Shown here in pieces: positions 26,055 through 35,947 of a stretch of DNA of 64,000 bases (the first letter of the stretch is position 1; every line of letters starts with the position of its first letter). Location of the stretch: positions 321 to 64,320 of the forward strand of contig CAZZWM010000001.1 in the NCBI GenBank assembly GCA_964657945.1, written 5' to 3'. Under the pieces are notes generated by a model. The model was not told the DNA's origin, searched no databases, and saw nothing but the letters and a program-made list of their open reading frames with translations. The stretch comes from an uncultured Steroidobacteraceae bacterium (GTDB taxonomy: Bacteria; Pseudomonadota; Gammaproteobacteria; Steroidobacterales; Steroidobacteraceae). The position numbers were made by a program, and so were the translations under genes.

Positions 26055-27932
26055 GTGCTTACCGACCACGACATTTACCTGTTCCGTGAAGGCTCCCACT
26101 CACGGCTCTATGAAAAGCTCGGCTGCAAGCTGATCGAGGGCGAAGGCGCGGATTTCGCGGTGTGGGCGCCGAATGCACGGTCGGTGTCCGTCATCGGCGA
26201 CTTCAATGGATGGAACCCGGACTCTCATGCCCTGAAGGTGCGGGAAGATCACTCCGGCATCTGGGAAGGCCGTGTTGCGCATGTTCAACAGGGTCAGGCT
26301 TACAAGTACCGCATCGTGTCGAGTGTCGGCGGCTACACCGTCGAGAAGGCTGATCCGGTGGGCACCTGGTGCGAACTGCCCCCGGCAACCGCATCGCGAG
26401 TCTGGCCTTTGGATTACGGCTGGAGCGATCGGGAATGGATGGACTCGCGCGCGGCGCGCAATGGGCTGGCTGCGCCCATGTCGATATATGAACTGCACGC
26501 GGGCTCCTGGCGCCGCCACGACGGCAACTTCCTGAACTATCGGGAGCTGGCGCATCAACTCGGCGACTACTGCACCGAGCTGGGGTTCACGCACGTCGAG
26601 TTGATGCCGATCACCGAGCACCCCTTCTATGGTTCATGGGGTTATCAAACCACCGGCTATTTTGCGCCCACTTCGCGCTACGGCACGCCGCAAGACCTGA
26701 TGTACTTCGTCGATCATCTGCATCAGCGCGGCATCGGCGTGATTTTGGACTGGGTGCCCTCGCACTTTCCCACCGACGAGCACGGCCTGGGCTATTTCGA
26801 CGGCACGCATTTGTACGAGCACGCCGATCGACGTCAGGGCTTTCATCCAGAATGGAATTCGGCCATTTTCAATCTGGGCCGCAACGAGGTGCGCAGCTTC
26901 TTGCTCTCGTCGGCCCTGTTCTGGTTCGACAAGTATCACATCGACGGTATTCGCGTCGATGCGGTGGCTTCGATGCTATACCTGGACTATGCCCGCAAGG
27001 ACGGGGAGTGGATTCCCAACCGATTCGGCGGGCGCGAGAATCTGGAGGCCATCGATTTCTTGAGAATGCTCAATCAGGCTGTGTACCGCGATCATCCGGA
27101 CGCGACGATGATTGCGGAGGAGTCGACGGCATGGCCGATGGTCTCGCGGCCCACCGACATGGGCGGCCTGGGCTTCGGCTTGAAGTGGAACATGGGCTGG
27201 ATGCACGACACCTTGGAGTATTTCAAGCAGGATCCGGTGCACCGCAAGTACCACCACGGCCAGCTCACGTTTTCCTTGATCTACGCCTTCAATGAGAATT
27301 TCGTGCTGCCCCTGTCGCATGACGAGGTGGTGTACGGAAAGGGTTCGCTGATCGGCAAGATGCCCGGCGACGATTGGCAGATGTTCGCCAATCTGCGCGC
27401 GCTGTTCGGCTACATGTGGACTCACCCCGGCAAGAAATTGCTGTTCATGGGAGGGGAATTCGGTCAGCGGCGCGAATGGACCCACGAGGGCGAGCTGGAA
27501 TGGTGGGTCTCGGGCTTGCCCGAGCATGCCGGCGTGAAGCGCTTGATCAGCGACCTGAATCACGTGTATCGCCGGGAACCGGCACTGCATGAACTGGACT
27601 TCACGCCGGAGGGCTTCGAGTGGGTCGATGCCGACAATGGCGAAATGAGCGTGATCGCATTCGTTCGCAAGGCCGCCCATGGCGATCCGCCGGTCCTGGT
27701 GGTGTGCAACTTCACGCCGGTACCCCGCAGTAATTTCTTGGTGGGCGTTCCTCAGCGAGGTCTGTGGCGTGAGGTGTTGAACACGGACGCGCAGGTCTAT
27801 GGCGGCTCCGGATGGGGCAACCTTGGCGCAGTGCAGTCCGCTCCGGTGAGCGCGCACGGACGGCTGGAATCCGTCAGTCTGACCTTGCCGCCGCTGTCCA
27901 CCATTATCCTGCGCTGGGAACCTCATGGTTGA
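26055..27932 (+). CDS. glgB: 1,4-alpha-glucan branching enzyme GlgB
   Basis: The track ORF starts at 25956. GTG 26055 has GAGGAG 6-7 nt upstream and gives the typical N-terminus (V)[24 protein letters not shown]13 motifs [40 protein letters not shown]. Confidence 0.9.
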   Translation: MLTDHDIYLFREGSHSRLYEKLGCKLIEGEGADFAVWAPNARSVSVIGDFNGWNPDSHALKVREDHSGIWEGRVAHVQQGQAYKYRIVSSVGGYTVEKADPVGTWCELPPATASRVWPLDYGWSDREWMDSRAARNGLAAPMSIYELHAGSWRRHDGNFLNYRELAHQLGDYCTELGFTHVELMPITEHPFYGSWGYQTTGYFAPTSRYGTPQDLMYFVDHLHQRGIGVILDWVPSHFPTDEHGLGYFDGTHLYEHADRRQGFHPEWNSAIFNLGRNEVRSFLLSSALFWFDKYHIDGIRVDAVASMLYLDYARKDGEWIPNRFGGRENLEAIDFLRMLNQAVYRDHPDATMIAEESTAWPMVSRPTDMGGLGFGLKWNMGWMHDTLEYFKQDPVHRKYHHGQLTFSLIYAFNENFVLPLSHDEVVYGKGSLIGKMPGDDWQMFANLRALFGYMWTHPGKKLLFMGGEFGQRREWTHEGELEWWVSGLPEHAGVKRLISDLNHVYRREPALHELDFTPEGFEWVDADNGEMSVIAFVRKAAHGDPPVLVVCNFTPVPRSNFLVGVPQRGLWREVLNTDAQVYGGSGWGNLGAVQSAPVSAHGRLESVSLTLPPLSTIILRWEPHG

Positions 27933-30042
27933 GGAGAGGCGCAAGCGCGCACGGGCAGCCGGTCAGGCGGCGAAGCGGACGCCCGCCGCCGCTTCGGCTC
28001 AGGATGCCACCCGAAATCTCGCTGAGGGTCGGGTGCGCGCGGTGATCGATGCCGTGTTGCCAGCGGTCGATGGCGGAAGATTTCCGGTCAAGCGTATCGC
28101 CGGCGAGCGGGTTGCCGTCGAAGCCCATTGCTTCACCGACGGGCATGACGCGCTGCGCGCGGTATTGCGCTGGCAGCGGGTCCCGAGCGGCGACACGCAG
28201 CTTGCGGCGAGCCCGGCACGGGCCATCGCATACGAGGTGGAGATGCAGGCGCTGCCCAATGACGTGTGGACAGCGGAGTTCACGCCGCCGACGCCCGGAC
28301 GGTATCAGTTCACCGTCATCGCATGGGTGGATCACTTCCAGTCGTGGCGCCGCGAACTGGAACGGCGCGATGATCCCGCCGACATCCGCGTCGCCTTGCA
28401 GGTGGGCGCGCAGCTGATCGAAGAGAGCGCGGCTCGCGCCGGCGGCACCGACACGGTCATTCTGCTGGAATGGTCGGGACAATTGCGGCAAGCGGCCGAA
28501 GACCCAACCGCCGATGGCGCTTCGCTGAAGGCATTGGCCTTGGACGCTGCGCGTGCATCGTTGGTCGCCCGCCATGCCGACCGAAGCTTGGCGGCAACCT
28601 GCAGCCGAGAGGTGATGGCGGATCGCAAGCGCGCCGCCTTCAGTACTTGGTACGAATTGTTTCCGCGCTCCGCCGGCGAGAAGGCCGGTCATCACGGCAC
28701 CTTCAAGGATGTGGAGCGGCGGCTGCCGTATCTGGCGGAGATGGGTTTCGACGTGCTGTATTTTCCGCCGATTCATCCCATCGGCCGGCTGAATCGCAAG
28801 GGCCCGAACAATGCGCTGCAGGCGCAGGTCGACGATGTGGGCAGTCCTTGGGCCATCGGTTCGGCGGAAGGGGGTCACAAAGACATCCTGCCGCAGCTGG
28901 GCACGCTGGAAGATTTTCGCGGTCTGCTGGCGAAGGCCCGGGATCAGCGCATCGAAATCGCCTTGGACCTGGCGTTTCAGTGCGCGCCGGACCATCCCTA
29001 CGTGCAGCAGCATCCCTCGTGGTTCAAGCACCGTCCCGACGGCAGCGTCCAATACGCGGAAAATCCGCCCAAGAAGTATCAGGACATCTACCCGTTCGAC
29101 TTCGAGACCTCCGATTGGCGCGGGCTGTGGAATGAGCTGAAGAGCGTCGTCGACCATTGGATTGCGCAAGGCGTGCGGATATTCCGCGTCGACAATCCGC
29201 ATACCAAGGCTTTCGCGTTCTGGGAATGGCTGATCGGTGAAACGCAGCGCCAGCAGCCGGAAGTGATCTTCCTGGCCGAGGCTTTCACCCGACCGAAGGT
29301 CATGCATCGCCTGGCGAAGCTCGGGTTCTCGCAGTCGTACACCTATTTCACCTGGCGCAATAGCAAGCAGGAGCTCACCGATTACTTCACGGAGCTGACC
29401 CTGGGATTGGGGCACGAGTACTACCGTCCGAACGTCTGGCCCAACACGCCGGATATCCTGCCCGAGACGCTGCAGAGCGGTCTGCGCCCCGTGTATGCAT
29501 CTCGCCTGATCCTGGCGGCAACCCTGTCGGCGAATTACGGCATCTATGGGCCCACTTACGAATTGATGGAAAGCATGCCGCGTGAGCCCGGCAGCGAGGA
29601 ATACCGCAACTCGGAAAAGTACCAACTGCGCCATTGGAGCCTGGACCGCCCGGATAGCCTGCGATCCTTGATCGCGCGCATGAATCACATCCGCCAGGAG
29701 AACCTGGCGCTGCAGTCGGATGCGGGTCTGCATTTCTGCAGGATCGACAATGATCAATTGATCGCCTACCTGAAGCTCGACGCCGATTCCGGCAACGCCA
29801 TACTCACGGTGGTGAACCTGGATCCGCATCATGCGCAATCAGGCTGGGTGGAACTGGACATCGACGCGCTGAATTTCGAGCTCGATCAGCCTTATCAGGT
29901 TCACGACCTGTTGAGCGATCAGCGTTTCGTCTGGCGCGGACGCCGTAACTACGTGATGTTGGAACCGAATCGCTCGCCGGCGCATGTGTTCCGGCTGCGC
30001 CGGCGCGTGCGCAGCGAAAAAGATTTCGACTACTATCTGTGA
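27925..30042 (+). CDS. glgE: alpha-1,4-glucan:maltose-1-phosphate maltosyltransferase GlgE
   Basis: 705 aa; the start overlaps the glgB stop by 8 nt. N-terminal domain [39 protein letters not shown]. Motifs [43 protein letters not shown]. Confidence 0.9.
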   Translation: MVEERRKRARAAGQAAKRTPAAASAQDATRNLAEGRVRAVIDAVLPAVDGGRFPVKRIAGERVAVEAHCFTDGHDALRAVLRWQRVPSGDTQLAASPARAIAYEVEMQALPNDVWTAEFTPPTPGRYQFTVIAWVDHFQSWRRELERRDDPADIRVALQVGAQLIEESAARAGGTDTVILLEWSGQLRQAAEDPTADGASLKALALDAARASLVARHADRSLAATCSREVMADRKRAAFSTWYELFPRSAGEKAGHHGTFKDVERRLPYLAEMGFDVLYFPPIHPIGRLNRKGPNNALQAQVDDVGSPWAIGSAEGGHKDILPQLGTLEDFRGLLAKARDQRIEIALDLAFQCAPDHPYVQQHPSWFKHRPDGSVQYAENPPKKYQDIYPFDFETSDWRGLWNELKSVVDHWIAQGVRIFRVDNPHTKAFAFWEWLIGETQRQQPEVIFLAEAFTRPKVMHRLAKLGFSQSYTYFTWRNSKQELTDYFTELTLGLGHEYYRPNVWPNTPDILPETLQSGLRPVYASRLILAATLSANYGIYGPTYELMESMPREPGSEEYRNSEKYQLRHWSLDRPDSLRSLIARMNHIRQENLALQSDAGLHFCRIDNDQLIAYLKLDADSGNAILTVVNLDPHHAQSGWVELDIDALNFELDQPYQVHDLLSDQRFVWRGRRNYVMLEPNRSPAHVFRLRRRVRSEKDFDYYL

Positions 30043-30050
30043 AGCATTAG

Positions 30051-33000
30051 ATGAACGACGTTCAGACCCCGGTTCTCGAGCAGGCTCCGCCCACCGGCCT
30101 GGTCGTCGACGACCCGCTTTGGTACAAAGACGCGGTCATTTACCAGCTGAATGTGAAGTCCTTTTTCGATTCCAATGACGACGGCATCGGCGACTTCAAG
30201 GGGCTGATGACCAAGCTGGAATACATCCGCGATCTGGGCGTGAATACCATCTGGCTGATGCCATTCTATCCCTCGCCGCTGCGCGATGACGGCTACGACA
30301 TCGCCGACTACAAAAACATACATCCGCAGTTCGGTACGCTGGACGACTTTCGCGCCATGCTGGCGGAGGCGCATCGGCTGGGATTGAAGGTGGTGACCGA
30401 GCTCATCATCAACCACACCTCCGATGCCCATCCCTGGTTTCAAGCCGCGCGCAACGCGCCGCCGGGATCGCCGGAGCGGGATTTCTACGTATGGAGCGAT
30501 ACGGACCAGAAATATCTCGACACGCGCATCATCTTCACCGATACGGAGAAATCCAACTGGACCTGGGATCCGGTGGCGAAGGCCTATTTCTGGCACCGTT
30601 TCTTCAGCCATCAGCCGGACTTGAATTTCGACAATCCGCAGGTGATGGAGGCGGTGCTGGAGATCATGCGTTTCTGGCTCGACATGGGTGTGGATGGATT
30701 CCGTCTCGACGCCATCCCGTATCTGGTGGAGCGCGAAGGCACCAACAACGAGAACCTGCGTGAAACCCACGAGGTGATCAAGCAGCTGCGCGCCGCCATC
30801 GATGCCGCCTATCAGAACCGTTTCCTGCTGGCCGAAGCCAACCAATGGCCCGAGGATGTGCGCGAGTATTTCGGCGATGGCGACGAATGCCACATGGCGT
30901 ATCACTTCCCGCTGATGCCGCGCATTTACATGGCGATTGCGCAGGAAGACCGCTATCCCATCATCGAGATCATGGCGCAGACGCCGGATATACCCGAGAC
31001 CTGCCAGTGGGCGATCTTCCTGCGCAACCACGATGAGCTCACCCTGGAAATGGTGACCAGCAAGGAGCGCGACTACATGTACAACACCTACGCCGCCGAC
31101 ATGCAGGCGCGCATCAACCTGGGGATCAGGCGCCGGCTCGCGCCGCTGATGGAAAACGATCTCGACCGCATCAAATTGATGAACAGCCTGCTGCTGTCCA
31201 TGCCGGGCTCGCCGATCCTGTATTACGGCGATGAGATCGGCATGGGCGACAACTTCTTCATCGGCGACCGCAATGGGGTGCGCACTCCGATGCAGTGGAG
31301 TCCGGACCGCAACGCGGGATTCTCGCGCGCCGATCCGCAGCGGCTGTATCTGCCGCCCATCATGGACGCCGTGTACGGCTACCCGTCGACCAACGTCGAA
31401 GCGCAGTCGCGCGATCAAAGCTCGTTGCTGAGCTGGACCAAGCGCATGCTCGCGGTGCGCAAGACCAGCCAGGCGTTCGGCCGCGGGGCTCGGCGCTTCT
31501 TGAAGCCGGGCAATCGGAAGATTCTGGCCTACCTGCGCGAATTCGGTGAGGACACGATACTGTGCGTCGCGAACCTGTCGCGCTCGGCGCAACCGGTGGA
31601 GTTGAATCTGGCCGCGTTCAAAGGCCGCGTGCCGGTGGAGATGCTGGGGCGCAATGCCTTTCCGCCGGTCGGCGAACTGCCCTACCTGCTGACCATTTCC
31701 GGATACGGCTTTTACTGGTTCCGCCTCGCCACCGACGTCGCAGTACCGGCATGGCACCGGGAAATCGTTTCCGTGGATGAGCGGCCGGTGCTGGTGCTGT
31801 TCGATGGCTGGATGAGCCTGTTCCGCGAGCGCGTGGTGCCCTGGCGCATCGGCATGGCCGAGAAGACCCGATTGCAGTTCGAGACCGATTCGTTGCCGCG
31901 TTATATCGAAACCCAGCGGTGGTATCCGTCCAAGGGCACGGCGATCGAGCGGGCGCGTATTCTCGATCATGTGTTGTGGCAGGAGGGCAAACTCTCCTGG
32001 TTGGTGCCGCTGATCGAACTGGATGCCGCCGGCGAGCCGGCGGGCGCGGAAAAGCAGGGTTATTTTCTGCCGTTGGGTCTGGCGTGGGAGGAACGCGAGG
32101 ACGAGCGCGTCAAGAATCTGTCGACCTCGGCCGTGGTCAAGATCCGGCAGCAGGGCAATGTCGGCATCATCGGCGATGCGTTCGCCGATGAAGCCTTTTG
32201 CCGCGCCGTGGTCAAGGCCATGTCGGCCGGCAAGGAGATCGCCACGGGACAGGGCAGGCTGCAATTCCGCCCGACCGCGGCCTTCAAGCAGATTGCGGGA
32301 CCGAAGTTCGATTCACTGACGGTGGATCGTCCACGCGGCTCCAGCTCAAACACCGTGGTGACCATGGGCGAACGTCTGATGCTGAAAGGCTATCGACGGC
32401 TGCGGGTCGGCATGAACCCGGAACTGGAGATGGGCCTGTACCTGACCGAGGTGGCCCACTATCCGAATTGCGCGGCATTGGCCGGCGTGCTCGAGTACAT
32501 CGGCAACGACGGGCAGACACGTCTGCTGTCCATGCTGCAGGCCTATGTCGCCAACCAAGGCGATGGTTGGACCTATGCGCTCGAATATGTACGCCGCCAC
32601 CTGGATCAGTACCGGACCACCCCGTCCGGCGATGCCCTTCCCGCCAATGCGCACGAGGCCTTCCTGAGCATGATGCGGGTGCTGGCGGTGCGAACGGCGG
32701 AGCTGCATCGCGCGCTGGCCGCGCCCTCCCAGGACGCCGCCTTTGGGCCGCAAGCGCTGTCGCGCGCCGACATCGACGCCTATCGGCAACGCGCCTTGGA
32801 AGAGGCGCAGGCGGCGCTGGATAAGCTGGCGGCGACACTGGATGCCGTACCCGCGGCCGACCGCGATGCCGCCAATCGAGTCGTTGCGCAGCGTGAGCAG
32901 ATCCAGGCGCGAATTCATGCCTTGGCGAAGGAATCCGCCCAGGGAACCAAAATCCGCATCCACGGCGACTACCACCTGGGGCAGGTGCTGGTGACGAAAA

Positions 33001-33401
33001 ACGACTTCGTCATCATCGATTTCGAAGGCGAGCCGGGACATAGTCTCGAGCAGCGGCGCGCCAAGCATTCGCCGCTGCGCGATGTCGCCGGCATGCTGCG
33101 CTCGTTCGCCTACGTACAGCAAAGTGCGCTGCGCAGCGTGGCTCACAACGAGGCGGAAGCAGCACGCCTGGCGCCGCTGGCGCGGGCTTGGGAAACGGAG
33201 ACCCGCGCCGCCTTCCTGTCGGCTTACGAGGGCGCGGCGCGCGGCGCAAATCTTTTCGACTCCTTGGAGGCAGGCCGCGGATTGCTGGGTCTGTTCGAAA
33301 TGGAAAAGGCACTGTACGAACTTCGATATGAAATCGGCAATCGTCCGACCTGGGTAGGCATCCCGTTGCAGGGAATTCTCGACGTGGATGCGGGTCACTG
33401 A
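30051..33401 (+). CDS. treS: fused trehalose synthase / maltokinase (TreS-Pep2)
   Basis: 1116 aa. TreS part: WYKDAVIYQLNVKSFFDSNDDGIGDF.GL..KLEYIRDLGVNTIWLMPFYPSPLRDDGYDIADY, GFRLDAIPYL, LLAEANQWPED, FLRNHDELTLE. The C-terminal ~450 aa is maltokinase-like (HGDYHLGQVLVTKNDFVIIDFEGEP). Confidence 0.9.
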   Translation: MNDVQTPVLEQAPPTGLVVDDPLWYKDAVIYQLNVKSFFDSNDDGIGDFKGLMTKLEYIRDLGVNTIWLMPFYPSPLRDDGYDIADYKNIHPQFGTLDDFRAMLAEAHRLGLKVVTELIINHTSDAHPWFQAARNAPPGSPERDFYVWSDTDQKYLDTRIIFTDTEKSNWTWDPVAKAYFWHRFFSHQPDLNFDNPQVMEAVLEIMRFWLDMGVDGFRLDAIPYLVEREGTNNENLRETHEVIKQLRAAIDAAYQNRFLLAEANQWPEDVREYFGDGDECHMAYHFPLMPRIYMAIAQEDRYPIIEIMAQTPDIPETCQWAIFLRNHDELTLEMVTSKERDYMYNTYAADMQARINLGIRRRLAPLMENDLDRIKLMNSLLLSMPGSPILYYGDEIGMGDNFFIGDRNGVRTPMQWSPDRNAGFSRADPQRLYLPPIMDAVYGYPSTNVEAQSRDQSSLLSWTKRMLAVRKTSQAFGRGARRFLKPGNRKILAYLREFGEDTILCVANLSRSAQPVELNLAAFKGRVPVEMLGRNAFPPVGELPYLLTISGYGFYWFRLATDVAVPAWHREIVSVDERPVLVLFDGWMSLFRERVVPWRIGMAEKTRLQFETDSLPRYIETQRWYPSKGTAIERARILDHVLWQEGKLSWLVPLIELDAAGEPAGAEKQGYFLPLGLAWEEREDERVKNLSTSAVVKIRQQGNVGIIGDAFADEAFCRAVVKAMSAGKEIATGQGRLQFRPTAAFKQIAGPKFDSLTVDRPRGSSSNTVVTMGERLMLKGYRRLRVGMNPELEMGLYLTEVAHYPNCAALAGVLEYIGNDGQTRLLSMLQAYVANQGDGWTYALEYVRRHLDQYRTTPSGDALPANAHEAFLSMMRVLAVRTAELHRALAAPSQDAAFGPQALSRADIDAYRQRALEEAQAALDKLAATLDAVPAADRDAANRVVAQREQIQARIHALAKESAQGTKIRIHGDYHLGQVLVTKNDFVIIDFEGEPGHSLEQRRAKHSPLRDVAGMLRSFAYVQQSALRSVAHNEAEAARLAPLARAWETETRAAFLSAYEGAARGANLFDSLEAGRGLLGLFEMEKALYELRYEIGNRPTWVGIPLQGILDVDAGH

Positions 33402-33410
33402 GGGGCTGTC

Positions 33411-34094
33411 ATGCAAAGTATTGATATGTTCGTGGACGCCACGCGCGAGTTCCTGCATCAAACGGCGATGTTTTTGCCGAAATTGCTGTTGGCGCTGGTG
33501 GTGGTATTGGTGGGATGGCTGCTCGCCAAGGCGGCGCGCTTCGCGGTGGAGCGGGGCTTGCGCGCCGTCAACTTCAACGTGCTGACCGAGCGCGCCGGCA
33601 CCGATAACTTCCTGCAGCAGGCGGGCATGCGGGGCGATACCACGACGCTGTTCGGACTGGTCGGCTTCTGGGTGGTGATCCTGGCGGCCCTCATCATTGC
33701 CTTCAACGGACTGGGCCTGACCTACATCACCGATCTGCTGCAACGCGTGGTGCTGTTCACGCCCAAGCTGCTCATCGCCATGCTGCTGGTGATCTTCGGA
33801 TCGTATTGCGCGCGTTTCGTGGGCAATGCCGTGCAGAACTATTGCGTCGATGCGCAAATACCCGATGCCGACGTGCTGTCGCGGCTGGTGCGCTATCTGA
33901 TCATGACGCTGGTGGTGATGATCGCCTTGAGTCATTTGGAGATCGGCGGCGACATCGTGCAGCGCACCTTCCTGATCATCCTGGCGGGGTTGATGCTGGC
34001 GCTGGCGCTGGCATTCGGCTTGGGCGGCAAGAATTGGGCCGCCGCATTGTTGCAGCGATGGTGGCCGCAAGAGCGCAAGGATCAGGACCTCTGA
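33411..34094 (+). CDS. small membrane protein with repeated 'conserved TM helix' (MscS-N-terminal-like) segments
   Basis: 227 aa, starting 10 nt after the treS stop. Four similar hydrophobic repeats (LPKLLLALVVVLVGWLLAK, FWVVILAALIIAFNGLG, TPKLLIAMLLVIFGSYCA, VRYLIMTLVVMIALSHLEIGG). Family call from memory. Confidence 0.7.
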   Translation: MQSIDMFVDATREFLHQTAMFLPKLLLALVVVLVGWLLAKAARFAVERGLRAVNFNVLTERAGTDNFLQQAGMRGDTTTLFGLVGFWVVILAALIIAFNGLGLTYITDLLQRVVLFTPKLLIAMLLVIFGSYCARFVGNAVQNYCVDAQIPDADVLSRLVRYLIMTLVVMIALSHLEIGGDIVQRTFLIILAGLMLALALAFGLGGKNWAAALLQRWWPQERKDQDL

Positions 34095-34114
34095 CGCGGC
34101 AGTTCGCGTACAGC

Positions 34115-35947
34115 ATGCCGTTCGGGGCCGAGGTGCTGCCGGACGGGGGCACGCGGTTTCGGTTGTGGGCGCCCTCCAGCGCGCAAGTCAAGCTCGAGCT
34201 TCGCATCAGCAGTGCGGATGAGCCCCTGGTGCTCGATATGCACGGCACGTGGAGCGGCTGGCACGAGCTGACCGCCGCGGAAGCCGCGGCCGGCTGGCGC
34301 TATCAATACATCGTGCAATCCAAATCCACGCCGTCCCTGGCGGTTCCCGATCCGGCCTCCCGCAGCAACCCCGATGGGGTCCACGGCGCCAGCGAGGTGG
34401 TCGACCCGCGCGCCTACACCTGGCGTTTTGCCGAATGGTCGGGGCGCGCTTGGGCCGATGCCGTCATCTACGAGCTGCATATCGGCACTTTCACGCAGGA
34501 GGGCACCTTTGCCGCGGCGGTGCAGCGACTGCCGCAGTTGGCGGAACTGGGGATCAACGCCCTGCAGCTCATGCCGCTGGCGGCATTCCCGGGCAAGCGC
34601 AACTGGGGTTATGACGGCGTGCTGCAATATGCGCCTGCGGCCTGCTACGGCACTCCGCAGGAACTGAAGGCCCTCATCGATGCGGCGCACGGTCTCAACA
34701 TGATGGTGTTGCTGGATGTGGTGTACAACCACTTCGGCCCCGAGGGCAATTATCTGCACGCCTATTGCCCGGAGTTTTTCGATGCGGCGCATGCCACCCC
34801 CTGGGGCGCGGCGCTCAACTTCGACGGCAAGCACAGCATCGCGGTTCGCGACTTCTTCGTGCACAACGCGCTCTTCTGGGTCGAGGAATATCGTTTCGAT
34901 GGGCTGAGGCTCGATGCCGTGCACGCCATGCGCGATCGCTCGGATCCGGACATCGTGTGTGAAATCGCCCGCGCCCTGCATCAGGGTCCGGGCCGCAGTC
35001 GCCGCGTGCATCTGGTGCTGGAGAACAATGCCAATCAGGCCCGCTATCTGCAGCGCGACGCCAAGGGCCGGCCGCTGCTGGCCACGGCGCAATGGGACGA
35101 CGACATTCATCATTCGCTGCATGTGCTGACCAGCGGCGAGGCCGACGGCTACTACGCCGACTATGCGGTGAAGCCACTGGAAAAGTTGGGGCGCGCGCTG
35201 GCGGAAGGTTTCGCCTACCAGGGCGAGCACTCGGTGTTCCGCGATCGCAAACGCGGCGAACCCAGCCTGCAATTGCCGCCGGCGGCCTTCGTGTCATTCC
35301 TGCAGAACCACGACATGGTGGGCAACCGCGCCTTGGGCGACCGGCTGCATTCGTTGGCGGACCCGCATCTGTTGAATGCCGCCTATGCCTGCCTGCTGCT
35401 GGCGCCGGAGGTGCCGATGTTGTTCATGGGCGAGGAGTTCGATGCCTCGACGCCGTTCCTGTTCTTCTGCGATTTCGGCACGGAGCTGGCGCAGGCGGTG
35501 GCGGATGGCCGGCGCCGCGAATTCAAGCGTTTCGCGGCCTTTGCCGACGAAGCCGCGCGCGCGTCGATACCCGACCCGAACGATGAGTCGACCTTCACGG
35601 CTTGCAAGCTGAACTGGGGGGAGCGCGATGAGCCGGGTCATCACGGACGGCTGCTGTGGATCAAGGATTTATTGACCTTGAGACATCGCTACCTCGCGCC
35701 TCACCTGGCCGGCATTGCGCACGGCGGCCGTTACCGCACCGATCGCGGCGTCCTGGGAGCGCAATGGCGCCTGGCGAACAAGGCGCTGTGGACCATCGTG
35801 GTGCACTTCGGTGCCAAGCCGGCGGAAATCCTCTTGCCGCCCGGCGATATGATCTATGTGATCCGCGCGCTGGGCGGCGCGGATTCGAGCGTAAAACTCG
35901 AACCCGGCGCCGTGCTCGTCACCTACAAGACCGCCATGGCGCGTTAA
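34115..35947 (+). CDS. treZ: malto-oligosyltrehalose trehalohydrolase TreZ (GH13)
   Basis: The track ORF starts at 33806; ATG 34115 gives the typical MPFGAEVLPDGGTRFRLWAPSA..V.L. Motifs IYELHIGTFT.EGTF, WGYDGV, LDVVYNHFGPEGNYL, FDGLRLDAVHA, LENN, FLQNHDMVGNR. Confidence 0.85.
   Translation: MPFGAEVLPDGGTRFRLWAPSSAQVKLELRISSADEPLVLDMHGTWSGWHELTAAEAAAGWRYQYIVQSKSTPSLAVPDPASRSNPDGVHGASEVVDPRAYTWRFAEWSGRAWADAVIYELHIGTFTQEGTFAAAVQRLPQLAELGINALQLMPLAAFPGKRNWGYDGVLQYAPAACYGTPQELKALIDAAHGLNMMVLLDVVYNHFGPEGNYLHAYCPEFFDAAHATPWGAALNFDGKHSIAVRDFFVHNALFWVEEYRFDGLRLDAVHAMRDRSDPDIVCEIARALHQGPGRSRRVHLVLENNANQARYLQRDAKGRPLLATAQWDDDIHHSLHVLTSGEADGYYADYAVKPLEKLGRALAEGFAYQGEHSVFRDRKRGEPSLQLPPAAFVSFLQNHDMVGNRALGDRLHSLADPHLLNAAYACLLLAPEVPMLFMGEEFDASTPFLFFCDFGTELAQAVADGRRREFKRFAAFADEAARASIPDPNDESTFTACKLNWGERDEPGHHGRLLWIKDLLTLRHRYLAPHLAGIAHGGRYRTDRGVLGAQWRLANKALWTIVVHFGAKPAEILLPPGDMIYVIRALGGADSSVKLEPGAVLVTYKTAMAR

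Noticed and set aside
27904-34070. Very long ORFs antisense to real genes: 27904-29838 (-, 644 aa), 30033-32264 (-, 743 aa), 32346-34070 (-, 574 aa). Elsewhere: 36670-38388 (+), 42006-43304 (-), 34082-35272 (-), 51950-53188 (-), 61948-63336 (-), 49595-50443 (-).
   Set aside because: These are a typical high-GC artefact. Their products are Arg/Gly/His/Pro/Ala-rich with no motifs. The opposite strand encodes unmistakable GlgE, TreS, TreZ, Lon, CydA, Kup, the S8 protease and the ABC permease. There is no evidence of overprinted genes.
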